Origin: Clostridia bacterium
GTDB taxonomy: Bacteria; Bacillota; Clostridia; Oscillospirales; Acutalibacteraceae
DNA length: 64,000 bases
Direction: 5' to 3'
NCBI GenBank assembly: GCA_017450185.1
Contig: JAFSWN010000071.1
Span: 715-64,714 of the forward strand
Positions within the stretch are counted from its first letter, which is position 1. Each line of letters begins with the position of its first letter. Both the position numbers and the translations under genes were made by a program. The notes under the pieces are model-generated. The model ran no database searches and was not told the origin of the DNA. It saw nothing but the letters and a program-made list of their open reading frames with translations. Of this stretch, positions 44,894 through 55,177 are shown in pieces.

Positions 44894-44921
44894 ATTTTAG
44901 CACTTTTTTTTCAAAATGCAA
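44894..44921 (-). promoter_or_regulatory. Candidate sigma-A promoter of mcsAB-clpC
   Basis: Minus strand reads TTGCAT, 16 nt, TAAAAT, about 35 nt upstream of ATG 44857. Confidence 0.5.
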
Positions 44922-44937
44922 TAACTCTGTAGAAAGT

Positions 44938-44965
44938 AAAAAAGCCCGGCCGACCGGACTTTTTT
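44938..44965 (-). terminator. Rho-independent terminator after hup
   Basis: Minus strand reads GTCCGG, loop TCGG, CCGGGC, followed by TTTTTT. A T-run is also present on the plus strand. Confidence 0.65.
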
Positions 44966-44980
44966 CTGCAATCGGGATAA

Positions 44981-45256
44981 TTATTTAACAGCCTTTTTAA
45001 GGGCGGCGCCGGCTTTGAAAGCGGGAACCTTTGAAGCGGGGACGGAGATGGTCTCGCCGGGCTTCTGGGGGTTGCGGGCCTCTCTGGCAGCTCTTTCGCG
45101 GACCTCGAAGGTTCCGAAACCGGTGAGCTGAACCTTAGCTCCGCCTGCGAGAGCATCTGTAACAGCCTCAACGAGAGCGTTGAGAGCCTTGTCTGTATCC
45201 TTAAGTGTAAGACCGCTCTTCTTTGCAGCAGCAGCAACAAGTTCTGATTTAGTCAT
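44981..45256 (-). CDS. hup: HU-family DNA-binding protein
   Basis: MTKSELVAAAAKKSGLTLKDTDKALNALVEAVTDAL...GFGTFEVRERAAREARNPQKPGETI. ATG 45256 follows AAGGAGG; the track start 45283 adds 9 unlikely residues. Confidence 0.9.
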   Translation of the reverse strand: MTKSELVAAAAKKSGLTLKDTDKALNALVEAVTDALAGGAKVQLTGFGTFEVRERAAREARNPQKPGETISVPASKVPAFKAGAALKKAVK

Positions 45257-45306
45257 TATAACTTCCTCCTTTTTAATATTCAAAAGCCGGTTTGCGGCTT
45301 AAGTGC

Positions 45307-46113
45307 TTAGTTTTTGAGCATTTTTTTGGCCTGCTCCCAAAAAACGTCAAGCTCCTCCAAAGAATAATCCTTTATGCTTTTTCCGTTTTCGGCGGCCAGC
45401 CGTTCAACGATTGCGAAGCGTTCGGTGAATTTGTCGGTTGAAAAGGTGAGGGCCTCCTCGGCGTCGGTGTGAGCGAAGCGGCAAACGTTTACGACCGCGA
45501 AAAGAAGATCGCCCAGCTCGTCGGTTATCGCGGCGGGGTCGCCCGTTTTGAGAGCCGCCTTGACCTCTTCGGTCTCTTCGCCTGTTTTTTCGAGCGCGCC
45601 CGAGATATCGTCCCAGTCGAAGCCCGCCTTCGCGGCCTTGCTCTGAGTTTTTTGGGCTCTCATAAGAGCCGGAAACTCGCGGGGGATGCTGAGAATGCTC
45701 TCGGTGGACGTTTTTTGCTTTTTCGTGGCTCTTTTTATGGCGTCCCAGTTTGTGAGGACCTCGTCTGAAGACGAGACCTTGACCTCACCGAAAACATGAG
45801 GGTGACGCACTATGAGCTTTTTGCAGATGTCGTTGCAAACGTCGTCAAAATCAAAAACGCCCTTTTCCCTCTCCATTTCGCAGTGGAGCATGATCTGAAG
45901 GAGCACGTCGCCGAGTTCCTCGCGAAGGATATCGGGATCGCCCTTGTCGATACCCTCTATCGCCTCATAGGTTTCCTCGATAAAGTTTTTGCGGATGCTC
46001 TCATGGGTCTGTTCCCTGTCCCACGGGCAGCCGCCCGGGGCGCGAAGTATGGCGACGATATCAACAAGATCCTTGCAGGTATAGCGGTTTTTGAACTCGA
46101 AATCATCTACCAT
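45307..46113 (-). CDS. mazG: MazG nucleoside triphosphate pyrophosphohydrolase (tandem MazG domains)
   Basis: LRAPGGCPWDREQTHESIRKNFIEETYEAIEGID and a second EELGDLLF-type repeat. Confidence 0.9.
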   Translation of the reverse strand: MVDDFEFKNRYTCKDLVDIVAILRAPGGCPWDREQTHESIRKNFIEETYEAIEGIDKGDPDILREELGDVLLQIMLHCEMEREKGVFDFDDVCNDICKKLIVRHPHVFGEVKVSSSDEVLTNWDAIKRATKKQKTSTESILSIPREFPALMRAQKTQSKAAKAGFDWDDISGALEKTGEETEEVKAALKTGDPAAITDELGDLLFAVVNVCRFAHTDAEEALTFSTDKFTERFAIVERLAAENGKSIKDYSLEELDVFWEQAKKMLKN

Positions 46114-46156
46114 AATCTTATCTCACATCCGTTCCTTTATACAGCCAACAGACATT

Positions 46157-47935
46157 TTAACCTATTAATCCGTATTTTTCAAGTGTTTTTGCAATTTTTT
46201 TGCCTTTTGGAAGCATAGAAATCTCTTCTTTTGTAACAGCGCGCAGCGCAAACAACGAAATCACGTAGAAAATCACGGCAGCGAGCACCGCCGCAACACA
46301 CGCGAGGTTACCGACGGTCAGGCGCGAAAAGATAAAGGTAAGGCCGTTTTCGGGGAGGGCTTTTTCAAAAATCGAATTTGTGAGCCATGCCGCCGCGCCT
46401 GAAATAACTGCGCAGATAAAAGGCTTGATGAACAGCGAATTCCAGCTATACTTTACGCCCGTTTCCTTTGCGAGTACTATCATAGAATAAACCACCATGA
46501 CCATATTGCACAGAATGGACCCGAATACCGCGCCCTGAATATTGACGGAAGGAATGCTCACGAGGATGAAGTTTGCGGCTATCTTTACCGCCGCGCCTAT
46601 CGCCATCGCCTTTATGGGGACGTCCACGCGGTCGATAGCCTGAAGAGCCGACGTGAGAGGCTGGGTGAGCGCGAGCGAAAAGACCGAGAAGCCGTAGAAC
46701 ATGAGTATCGGCGCGATATAGGGTATAGCCGGGGCGTTGACCTCCGAGGCGCCGAAGAGAAGATACAGCAGATCGTCCGAAAGGACCATCATTCCAACTC
46801 CGGCGGGGAAGGCTATCAGCATACAAAGCCTTATCATCGTTTCAACGGACCTGCGAACGGAAGGGATATCCTTTTTTGTCCAGCTCTCGGAGAGGATGGG
46901 TATTGCGCTCAGGCCGAGGGTTATGGTGAAGGTGGGCACGACGTTCTTTATTTCGAGCACCATATCGTAGGCCCCGAAAAGATACGTCTTGAAATCGATG
47001 GCGGTCTCGCGGGTAAAACCCCTTGCCTCAACTATGCCGGGATACATTTTCGCGACTGTGTCGTAGCCGTTTTCAAGCACCGCCTTCAAACGGTTCTGTA
47101 TGGTCCAGTTGTCGATAAGGGTGGTGACGTTGAAAACAAGAGACGAAATGGCTATCGGTATGGCTATTGCGACCAGGCGGCGGGCGAGGACCCTGCGGCT
47201 TTTAGCCTCGGGAGAGGCTTCGAGAAGAGACCTTGTGACGTTGTCTTTTACCGCCTTGCTCCTTATTATCAGATAAACGAGCCCCATCAGTGACCCGACG
47301 GAAACGCCCGCTATTGCGGCGGCGGAAGCGTACGCCGCGCCTTTATCGGTGACGATGTCTTTTAATATCGGTATTTTATCGGCAAAAGTAAGCGCGCTGC
47401 CGGTGACCATGTTCAGGAACAGCCAGCCGAAGATAAGCTTTCCGGCGGCCTCGAAGATCTGCGAAACGGCGGAGGGGTTCATATTGCTGTAGCCCTGGTA
47501 ATAACCCCTGTAGCCCGACATGACGCAGCAGAAGAATATTGACGGTGCGATGGCTATGATGGACGGCATGGCGTCCACCGCGCCGACGGACAGTGCGTAG
47601 GGATAGGAAAGGAGCAGCATTACGGCCATTCCCACAAGGCCCATGAACGCAAACAGCATATTTGACACGCCGAACAGCCTTTTAACGTCCTTGTAATGCC
47701 CCTGGGCGAGCTCCGACGCCACCATTTTGGAAACGGCGGTGGGAAGCCCCGCGAGGGCTATCGAATAGATAGGCGTATATATGTTGTACGCCGTGGCGTA
47801 GAGACCCGTCCCCCCGTAGCCAATTCTATTGGCCACATAGAGCTTGAACAGGACGCTCAGGATCTTTACCAGCACTATTGCTGCGGAAAGTATCAGCGCG
47901 CCGTTTAGCAGCGACTGTTTTTTTGCGTTAGCCAT
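46157..47935 (-). CDS. MOP-superfamily polysaccharide/lipid-II flippase (YabM/SpoVB/MurJ-like)
   Basis: About 14 hydrophobic segments by eye. N-terminus MANAKKQSLLNGALILSAAIVLVKILSVLFKLYVANRIG. ATG 47935 with a GAAAGGAAG RBS overlaps the upstream stop by 8 nt. Confidence 0.8.
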   Translation of the reverse strand: MANAKKQSLLNGALILSAAIVLVKILSVLFKLYVANRIGYGGTGLYATAYNIYTPIYSIALAGLPTAVSKMVASELAQGHYKDVKRLFGVSNMLFAFMGLVGMAVMLLLSYPYALSVGAVDAMPSIIAIAPSIFFCCVMSGYRGYYQGYSNMNPSAVSQIFEAAGKLIFGWLFLNMVTGSALTFADKIPILKDIVTDKGAAYASAAAIAGVSVGSLMGLVYLIIRSKAVKDNVTRSLLEASPEAKSRRVLARRLVAIAIPIAISSLVFNVTTLIDNWTIQNRLKAVLENGYDTVAKMYPGIVEARGFTRETAIDFKTYLFGAYDMVLEIKNVVPTFTITLGLSAIPILSESWTKKDIPSVRRSVETMIRLCMLIAFPAGVGMMVLSDDLLYLLFGASEVNAPAIPYIAPILMFYGFSVFSLALTQPLTSALQAIDRVDVPIKAMAIGAAVKIAANFILVSIPSVNIQGAVFGSILCNMVMVVYSMIVLAKETGVKYSWNSLFIKPFICAVISGAAAWLTNSIFEKALPENGLTFIFSRLTVGNLACVAAVLAAVIFYVISLFALRAVTKEEISMLPKGKKIAKTLEKYGLIG

Positions 47936-49406
47936 CCGATCTTCCTTTCGCATAAAACTCTGCAATGTGTTTTTTTCTTTCGGCCATCTCGGCAAAACGC
48001 GAGATATATTCATAGGGATACTTAAAATTGTATATTCTTTCTATCAGCTCTCCCCCGGGCTCCCTGAGCTTGGTTACGGCCCCGGCCCCGCAGGCGAGGA
48101 CGGTGTGGGTCTCCTCCATCATATATATATTGTAGAGGCACGCGCGACCCGGCTTTGCCCACCCGACGTTTTCGAGGTTGCCGAGCGATTTGCTCTGACG
48201 GTACATATAATATGGCGAATAGCCGTTTTCACTGAGAAGCGAATTTGAAAGCTCCACCATCCCGGAGGTCTGCCGTGCGCTTTCCGGCAGCTCGTTTTCG
48301 GCCGACATCCTCGACGCCCTCTTAAGAGCGAGAGTGTGCACGGTTATGTTTTCGGGGGAGAGCGAAACTGCCTTTTCAACGCTGTTTTTGAAGCCTTCGA
48401 GCGTGTCGCCGGTGAGGCCGGCGATAAGATCCATGTTGATATTATCAAAGCCGAGGCTTCTTGCGAGCAGAAATTTTTCTTTGGTTTCGGCGGCGGAGTG
48501 CATTCGTCCGATATTGCAAAGAACCTCGTCGGAGAAGGTCTGGGGGTTTATGCTTATCCTGCCGACTCGCGCGTTTTTAAGGACCGAAAGCTTTTTTTCA
48601 TCGACGGTGTCGGGACGCCCGGCTTCAACGGTGAATTCGCGGCACGTTGACATATCGAAGCTTTCGTTGACCGCGTAAAGGAGCGTTTCCAGCTCCTCCG
48701 CAGACAAAGACGTTGGCGTGCCGCCGCCGAAATACACGGTTTCGAGCCTCAGTGAAAGGCTTTTCGCCAAATCGGCCGTCTGTTTTATCTCCCCGCGCAA
48801 AAGCCTGACGTAGTCGGGTATGAGCTTTTTTGCCTGCGCGACGGAATGCGAGACGAAGGAGCAGTAGGAGCATCTTGTGGGACAAAACGGGATGGAGATA
48901 TAGAGCGAAAAGGATTCGGGCTTTGAGAGCGCTATCGCGCCGTTTTCGGCAAGCGCCACGTTATAGGCAAGCTTCGTTTTGCCGCCGCTTACCAGAAGAT
49001 CGCCGGAAAAAATACTTTGCGCTTCGTCTTCGCCGAACGAGGAGATTAGTTTACGCATGAGCTTTGAAGGACGCACCCCCGTGAGTATGCCCCACGGAGG
49101 AACTGTTCCCGTTATCTCCGAAAGGACCTTTACCATGGCGACGGCGAGAGAATTTTCCTCTATCACGACTTCCTTTTCCGTTCTCCCGGTGACGGTATGC
49201 GACGACCGGACGCCGTCGATATCCGCCGTACAGATATAATCGGTAAAATCGCCCCTGACGCGCATCTCGGTTACCACTTTTTTTGAGTCTTCGGGCACCG
49301 GAAAAGAAAGGCTGTCGGCGAAGACTATTTTTTCAAGAGGAAAAAATATGCGGCATACCTTCTCACTTTCATATTTATATGTATGTCCCACCAGAAAAAG
49401 TATCAT
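47928..49406 (-). CDS. Radical SAM protein, coproporphyrinogen-dehydrogenase HemZ/HemN-like
   Basis: CPTRCSYCSF CxxxCxxC motif after a ~170-aa N-terminal domain. HemN-type C-terminal region. ATGA overlap with the upstream gene. Confidence 0.75.
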   Translation of the reverse strand: MILFLVGHTYKYESEKVCRIFFPLEKIVFADSLSFPVPEDSKKVVTEMRVRGDFTDYICTADIDGVRSSHTVTGRTEKEVVIEENSLAVAMVKVLSEITGTVPPWGILTGVRPSKLMRKLISSFGEDEAQSIFSGDLLVSGGKTKLAYNVALAENGAIALSKPESFSLYISIPFCPTRCSYCSFVSHSVAQAKKLIPDYVRLLRGEIKQTADLAKSLSLRLETVYFGGGTPTSLSAEELETLLYAVNESFDMSTCREFTVEAGRPDTVDEKKLSVLKNARVGRISINPQTFSDEVLCNIGRMHSAAETKEKFLLARSLGFDNINMDLIAGLTGDTLEGFKNSVEKAVSLSPENITVHTLALKRASRMSAENELPESARQTSGMVELSNSLLSENGYSPYYMYRQSKSLGNLENVGWAKPGRACLYNIYMMEETHTVLACGAGAVTKLREPGGELIERIYNFKYPYEYISRFAEMAERKKHIAEFYAKGRSDG

Positions 49407-50029
49407 CTTGCCCTCAGATATCTGTTGTTTGCTTTTTCAAAGGAAAGCGAGGTTTTTTCGCCGTGGCCGGTGAATATCTCAAATTCGCCGTCTAACTGAC
49501 CTATCGCCCTGAGAGACGCGAATATCTGCTTTGTGCTGCCCCCGGGCATATCGGTGCGGCCCATGCTGAGCCTGAAAAGAGTGTCGCCGCTGAACATGGC
49601 GTTCCCTATAAAAAAGCATACGCTGCCTCTGGTGTGGCCGGGAGTGTGCATCACTCTGATCTCACTTTTCCCGAACTGAAGCGTCAAGCCGTCTTTCAGA
49701 AGAACGTCCGCTTCACAGGGCTCAAGAGGCGCGTAGTCAACATAGGAATTGAGGCTTTTGTCGGGATCGAGCAGACAGGGAGCGTCTTCTTCATGGATAC
49801 ATATTTTGCCGCCGAACGCGTCCCTCAGCGCTTTTACGCCGGAGATATGGTCGAAATGCCCGTGCGTGAGAAGGATATATTTAAGCTCTTTTATGCCGAT
49901 GGAGCCTATGAACGACCGGTATGAAGCGTCGAAAACGCCGCAGTCGACGGCAAACGCCTCGCCCGTTTCGTCGTCCGTGAAAATATAGCAGTTTGTGGAG
50001 TATGTCCCTACGGATGCGCAGTATATCAT
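49403..50029 (-). CDS. MBL-fold metallo-hydrolase (glyoxalase II-like)
   Basis: LLTHGHFDH metal-binding motif and a later HTPGHTRGS. ATG 50029 with an AAAGGA RBS is preferred over the TTG at 50062. Confidence 0.8.
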   Translation of the reverse strand: MIYCASVGTYSTNCYIFTDDETGEAFAVDCGVFDASYRSFIGSIGIKELKYILLTHGHFDHISGVKALRDAFGGKICIHEEDAPCLLDPDKSLNSYVDYAPLEPCEADVLLKDGLTLQFGKSEIRVMHTPGHTRGSVCFFIGNAMFSGDTLFRLSMGRTDMPGGSTKQIFASLRAIGQLDGEFEIFTGHGEKTSLSFEKANNRYLRAR

Positions 50030-50040
50030 AGTTTTCCTTT

Positions 50041-50505
50041 TTAACTCTGTTTTCTCTTCCAAATATCGGTATCGAGAATGATCGTTACCGGCCCGTCGTT
50101 TGTTAAGGAGACCTGCATATCGGCGCCGAAGACGCCGTGTTCCGGTTTCTTGACGCCCTCGGCTTCAAGACGCGACATAAAATACTCATAGAGCCTGTTC
50201 GCTTCGGACGGCTCGGCTGACGGAGTGAACGACGGGCGGTTGCCCTTTTTAACGTCCGCGCAGAGCGTAAACTGGGACACGACAAGAGCCTCCCCCTCTA
50301 CGTCAAGGAGAGAGAGATTCATTTTTTCGTTTTCGTCCTCGAATATCCTGAGCTTCGCAACCTTCGCGGCAAGCACGTCGGCTTCTGTTTCACTGTCGCC
50401 GTCCATGACGCCGAGAAGCACGAGAAAGCCCCTGCCTATGCTGCCGACGGTTTTATTCCCAACGTCGACCCGGGCGCTTCCGACCCGCTGGATGACGGCG
50501 CGCAT
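50041..50505 (-). CDS. dtd: D-aminoacyl-tRNA deacylase
   Basis: [15 protein letters not shown]...GFLVLLGV...SQFTL...NDGPVT. ATG 50505 overlaps the upstream TGA. The 61 Arg-rich residues upstream in the track ORF are an artefact. Confidence 0.9.
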   Translation of the reverse strand: MRAVIQRVGSARVDVGNKTVGSIGRGFLVLLGVMDGDSETEADVLAAKVAKLRIFEDENEKMNLSLLDVEGEALVVSQFTLCADVKKGNRPSFTPSAEPSEANRLYEYFMSRLEAEGVKKPEHGVFGADMQVSLTNDGPVTIILDTDIWKRKQS

Positions 50506-50741
50506 CAGTCGTCGTGCTGAACGTAGTCGGTGTATGGCGTGTAGCCGCCGTTTTCGGGAGCGTTTGGCATAACGAGCATGGCTATGAGATACGCCCAGAA
50601 TCCGCCCGTGCCGAAGAAAATGAGCAGCACGGCGATAAGACGCACCAGAGTGGAATCGATATTGAAGTATTCGGCGATACCGCCGCATACGCCCGCTATT
50701 TTTTTATCGGTTGCGGATTTATAAAGCTTTTTGTTTTCCAT
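50505..50741 (-). CDS. PspC-domain membrane protein
   Basis: [40 protein letters not shown] is a PspC signature. GGGAGG RBS before ATG 50741. Confidence 0.7.
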   Translation of the reverse strand: MENKKLYKSATDKKIAGVCGGIAEYFNIDSTLVRLIAVLLIFFGTGGFWAYLIAMLVMPNAPENGGYTPYTDYVQHDD

Positions 50742-50775
50742 TGTGTTTTCCTCCCGGAAAAGAAATTTTTTATTA

Positions 50776-52968
50776 TCAGACGTCCGCGCCGCCGCGTTCA
50801 ACGCTGAGGACTCCGGCGGTTTTTTTGAGACGTCCCATTATTGTTTTAAGATGCTCTACGCTGTTTGCCGAAACGGTAATGCTCACAAGCAGGCGGCCGT
50901 CTTTGGTGGAGCGGGTGTTTATGCTCTGAACAGCCACGTGAAGAGTATTGAGAGAAGAGAATATCTCGTTCATTATGCCTCCGCCCGCAAGACAGGTGAG
51001 CAGGAGCGAAGCGAGGAATTCGCGCTTTTCATCCGCGCTCCAGTATACGTTTATCCAGCGTTCGGGCTCGGCGCACGAGGCGATATCCGCGGGGACGTTG
51101 GTGCAGTCGCGCTTGTGGACCGATATACCGTGTCCCCTTGTGATGAATCCGATGATCTCGTCGCCCGGAATAGGGTTGCAGCAGCGCGACAGCTTAATGA
51201 GGCAGTTTGAGATCCCTTCGACCACAACGCCCTCGCTGCTGACGGTTTTGAGCTGCTTGACTATTTTAGCCTCGCTCTTCTCCTGCGAGTTGATTATTTT
51301 TGCGTACTCATCTTTGATGAGCGGCATGATTTTTGAAAGGATTATGCCGCCGTAGCCGAGAGCAGCGAAAAAGTCGTCGGCGCCGGGGAGCTTCTGCCGT
51401 TCGGAGATTATTTTTAGGAGCTGCTCGCCCTGCTCTTCGGAGAGAGTCATGTTGTTGCGGCGAAGCTCGCGCTCATATTCCTGGCGGCCCTCTTCAATGT
51501 TTTCTTCGCGGCGCTCTTTTTTGAACCAGGTGCGAATTTTTGTGCGCGCCTCGTTTGTGGCAACGATTTTGAGCCAGTCGCGGCTCGGGCCCTTCCCGGG
51601 CTGGGAGGACGTGATTATTTCAACGATCTCTCCGTTTTTGACCTTGTAGTCTATAGGCACGATGCGCTTATCTACCTTCGCGCCGACCATGCGGTTGCCG
51701 ACCGCGGAGTGGATGGAATAGGCGAAATCTATAACGGTGGAGCCCGCGGGAAGACATATTACGTCGCCCTTGGGAGTGAACACGAATACCTCGTCGCTCA
51801 CGAAATCGTTTTTTATGATGTTGAAGATATCGGATACCTCGCCCGACTCGCTTTGAGCTTCAAGAAGGTCCTTTACCCAGCCTATTCCCTTTTCTATCCG
51901 CTTGTTCGACTCTGCGTCCTTTATGCCGAGCTTATATTTCCAGTGCGCGGCTATACCGTATTCAGCCGTTTTGTGCATCTCGTAGGTCCTTATCTGGACT
52001 TCGAACGGAATGCCCTCGCGCCCTATCAGCGTTGTGTGAAGCGACTGGTACATATTGGGCTTGGGAGTGGATATATAGTCCTTGAAGCGGCCCTGAATGG
52101 GCTTATACATATCGTGCATGAGGCCGAGGCAGTTGTAGCAGTCGCTGACGGTATCGACGATTATGCGCACGGCGTAGATGTCGTATATTTCTTCGAAGCT
52201 CTTGCCCTGCATATACATTTTGCGGTATATGCCGTGAACGGACTTTATGCGGCCTTCTATTGTGGGGTTTGAAACGATGCCCTGCACGCGCGAGGCTATT
52301 TTTGTTTTTATTTCGTCAAGGAATTCTTTTCTCTGCGGAGCCTGCTCCTCAAGAGCGCGCTCTATCTCGCTGTAGGCGACAGGGTCGAGATAGCTTATGG
52401 CAAGGTCCTCGAGCTCCTCTTTAACAGGACGGATACCGAGGCGGTGAGCTATGGGAGCGTAGATCGCTATCGTTTCCCTTGCTATGTCACGGCGTTTCTG
52501 CTCGGGCATGTGCTTGAGAGTGCGCATGTTGTGCAGGCGGTCGGCAAGCTTTATGATTATTACCCTGATATCCTCGCTCATCGCGAGAAGGAGCTTTCTG
52601 AGGTTTTCCGCCTGCTGCTCCTCCTGGCTTGCGAGCGGCACCTTGCCAAGCTTGGTTACGCCCTCCACAAGGAAGGCGACTGACGCGCCGAACAGCTTTT
52701 TGACCTCCTCGGAGGTTACCGGGGTGTCCTCAACAACGTCGTGTAGAAGCGACGCTATAACGGATTGATAGTCCATGCCGAAGCCGAGAAGTATCTTCGC
52801 CACGGCCACCGGGTGCACTATATACGCTTCTCCCGATTTGCGCTTCTGGCCGTTGTGCGCCTCATAGGCGAAATAATACGCCTTCTCAACAAGCGCGGCC
52901 TCGTTTTCGGGAAAGATGGCTTTTACGTCATTTTCTATCGTTGAATAAAACTCATAGCCCTCCGGCAT
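50776..52968 (-). CDS. relA: Bifunctional (p)ppGpp synthetase/hydrolase RelA/SpoT (Rel)
   Basis: HD hydrolase domain (HPVAVA...LLHDVVEDT), synthetase domain, TGS domain and C-terminal ACT-like domain. 730 aa. Confidence 0.9.
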   Translation of the reverse strand: MPEGYEFYSTIENDVKAIFPENEAALVEKAYYFAYEAHNGQKRKSGEAYIVHPVAVAKILLGFGMDYQSVIASLLHDVVEDTPVTSEEVKKLFGASVAFLVEGVTKLGKVPLASQEEQQAENLRKLLLAMSEDIRVIIIKLADRLHNMRTLKHMPEQKRRDIARETIAIYAPIAHRLGIRPVKEELEDLAISYLDPVAYSEIERALEEQAPQRKEFLDEIKTKIASRVQGIVSNPTIEGRIKSVHGIYRKMYMQGKSFEEIYDIYAVRIIVDTVSDCYNCLGLMHDMYKPIQGRFKDYISTPKPNMYQSLHTTLIGREGIPFEVQIRTYEMHKTAEYGIAAHWKYKLGIKDAESNKRIEKGIGWVKDLLEAQSESGEVSDIFNIIKNDFVSDEVFVFTPKGDVICLPAGSTVIDFAYSIHSAVGNRMVGAKVDKRIVPIDYKVKNGEIVEIITSSQPGKGPSRDWLKIVATNEARTKIRTWFKKERREENIEEGRQEYERELRRNNMTLSEEQGEQLLKIISERQKLPGADDFFAALGYGGIILSKIMPLIKDEYAKIINSQEKSEAKIVKQLKTVSSEGVVVEGISNCLIKLSRCCNPIPGDEIIGFITRGHGISVHKRDCTNVPADIASCAEPERWINVYWSADEKREFLASLLLTCLAGGGIMNEIFSSLNTLHVAVQSINTRSTKDGRLLVSITVSANSVEHLKTIMGRLKKTAGVLSVERGGADV

Positions 52969-52996
52969 GGTCTCACCTTCTTTCGGTTATTTTCGG

Positions 52997-55027
52997 TTAT
53001 GAGCACAGCGAGCGCATTATCTCGCTGTCCGACAGGCTTTTTTTTGTCGTTACCGGCGAAACGGCATAGCCGCCACCTGTTTTTTCTATGACGCCGAGCT
53101 GCGCGAAAGCCGTGAGCGCGACCTGGACCGTTCCCGCCTTTTCTGGAGGAAGGCCGAGCCTGAAAGCTATGATCTCGGGCGAAAAACCGCAGCGCGGATT
53201 GTTTTTAATAAATAAATACACCTTCTCAAGCAGCGTTCTATCGGGAGTGAGCAGAGCTTTCTCCCCGGGAGAAGGCTTGATTCCTCTTTTGAGCCTTGAA
53301 AACGCGCAAAGCGAACCGAAAAGGGCGTCGTCGTCGGTCCCGGCGGGCCTTATATCCCTTACCTGTATACTAAGGCCGGTCTGCCCCGCGTAGTCGTTCT
53401 TTTCGAGCCTGACGGCAACGTCCACCACGTCGCCCGCCATGTAGGGAAATGCCGAAGCGCTCTGCCCGAAACAAACCGCGCTGAGATTTACTCCCTGACG
53501 GCTGAGCGTGAGCCTTATGTGTCTGTTTGAGCCTATGGGCTTTACTGAAGTTACCGTCATGCCGAACAGCCCGAACACAGGTCCTGGGTTCATGGCGCCG
53601 AAGGGCTCTAAAAGCGCGAGGCTGTCGAGCACGGCAACGCTCAGGTTCGCAGGGTTCACACGGCAGTCGATGTTTAGCACCGGAATGATATCGCCGCTTT
53701 TCTCGGCAACGGCGTTTATCTTTTTGCGAAACTCCGGAATAAGGCTTTCTTCGATTGAAAAGCCCGCGGCGAGAGTGTGTCCGCCGAATTTTATAAGGAC
53801 TCCGGAGCACTCGGCGAGAGCGTCGTAAAGCGAAAATCCCTCGATGCTCCTGCACGAGCCCTTCGCCTCGCCGTTTTCGGAAACAGAGATAACAAACGCG
53901 GGCTTGCCGTATTTTTCAACGAGACGGGAGGCTACTATGCCTATGACGCCGGGGTGCCAGCCCCTTCCCGAAACAACGAGCACGGGGTCGTTTTCATAGG
54001 AGCGGTCGCGCTCAAAAAGCTTTTCGACCTCCTGAAGGATCACGTTCTCGGCGCTCTGGCGTGAGGAATTTGCCGCCTGAAGGCTTTTAACAAGCCCGTC
54101 CGCCGTTTCGGGGTCTTCGGTTATCAGGAGCTTTAATGCGTTTTCGGCGGTGTCCATGCGTCCCGCCGCGTTGATTTTGGGAGCCACGGCAAAAGCCACG
54201 GTGGACGACAGGAAGGGCTTGTCGGCGACGCCGAGATTCTCAAAAAGTGAGATAAGCCCCGGACGCGCGGTATTTTTAACGTACGAAAGGCCCATCGACA
54301 CAAGAGTCCTGTTCTCTCCGGTGAGCGGAACGATATCCGCTATTGTGCCCAGTGTGACAAGGTCGAGATATTCGTCGAGCACCATCGTGTAGTCGCCGTC
54401 TTCAAGGGCGGCGGCGAGCTTCAGCGCGACTCCCACTCCGGCAAGCTCCTTACAGGGAGAAGCGTCGTCGGGGCGGTGGGGATCGATAACGGCGACGCAG
54501 TCGGGCAGGACCTCGCCAGCCTTATGGTGGTCGGTGACGACCATGTCTATTCCGTGCTCCCTGAAGAAACGCGCCTCGTCAACGGCGGCTATTCCGTTGT
54601 CGACGGTTATAACCAGATCGAACCCGCCCTCAAGTATTTTTTCGGCGGTCCTGCCGGAAAGGCCGTAGCCGTCGTCAACGCGGGAGGGTATGTAGTAGTC
54701 CACGTCAGCGCCGACGCTCTGCAGATATGTATAAAGAAGAGCGGTGGAGGTGACGCCGTCGCAGTCGTAATCGCCGTATACTATTATTTTTTCGCCGTTC
54801 TCAACGGCGCGTTTTATACGCTTCGCGCCCTTGTCCATATCCTTAAGAAGGAAGGGTGAAGAAAGAGGCTCGTTTTTTGAATGGAAAAAAGAGCTCAGCT
54901 TTTCGGGTGTGTCGAACCCGCGCGTGAGCGCGAGAAGCACGGCGAACGGATCGCAGCCGGTCTCTCCGGCGAGCTGCGACGCTCCGGCTTTATCGTATGG
55001 AATTATATTCCACTTTTTTCTGTTCAA
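52997..55027 (-). CDS. recJ: Single-stranded-DNA-specific exonuclease RecJ
   Basis: DHH motifs (VYGDYDCDGVTS, DNGI, VVTDHH) and a DHHA1 region (GGHTLAAG). I place the start at TTG 55027 after a GGGGGTGA RBS; track start 55120 adds 31 hydrophobic residues. Confidence 0.85.
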   Translation of the reverse strand: MNRKKWNIIPYDKAGASQLAGETGCDPFAVLLALTRGFDTPEKLSSFFHSKNEPLSSPFLLKDMDKGAKRIKRAVENGEKIIVYGDYDCDGVTSTALLYTYLQSVGADVDYYIPSRVDDGYGLSGRTAEKILEGGFDLVITVDNGIAAVDEARFFREHGIDMVVTDHHKAGEVLPDCVAVIDPHRPDDASPCKELAGVGVALKLAAALEDGDYTMVLDEYLDLVTLGTIADIVPLTGENRTLVSMGLSYVKNTARPGLISLFENLGVADKPFLSSTVAFAVAPKINAAGRMDTAENALKLLITEDPETADGLVKSLQAANSSRQSAENVILQEVEKLFERDRSYENDPVLVVSGRGWHPGVIGIVASRLVEKYGKPAFVISVSENGEAKGSCRSIEGFSLYDALAECSGVLIKFGGHTLAAGFSIEESLIPEFRKKINAVAEKSGDIIPVLNIDCRVNPANLSVAVLDSLALLEPFGAMNPGPVFGLFGMTVTSVKPIGSNRHIRLTLSRQGVNLSAVCFGQSASAFPYMAGDVVDVAVRLEKNDYAGQTGLSIQVRDIRPAGTDDDALFGSLCAFSRLKRGIKPSPGEKALLTPDRTLLEKVYLFIKNNPRCGFSPEIIAFRLGLPPEKAGTVQVALTAFAQLGVIEKTGGGYAVSPVTTKKSLSDSEIMRSLCS

Positions 55028-55177
55028 AAACTCACCCCCTTTTTTTGAATCAATGAAGAAAGATAAAAGAAGAATGAAAAATGTAGGGACCTGCGGTCGG
55101 CATTTTATAATTATGATCAAAACGCGGCGCCGACCGAAATCATTGATCGTTTATTGAAAACCGTTATTTGTTGATGT

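Noticed and set aside
44858-44980. Expected CtsR operator (tandem GGTCAAA heptads) upstream of mcsAB-clpC.
   Set aside because: No such heptad occurs on either strand in this region. Only a sigma-A-like promoter and the hup terminator are visible.
50506-50688. N-terminal 61-residue extension of the dtd ORF, and similar extensions on the recJ (55028-55120), hup, rfbB and flippase ORFs.
   Set aside because: The extensions are Arg-rich or hydrophobic junk that overlaps upstream genes. Internal starts have good RBS spacing and reproduce the canonical family N-termini.
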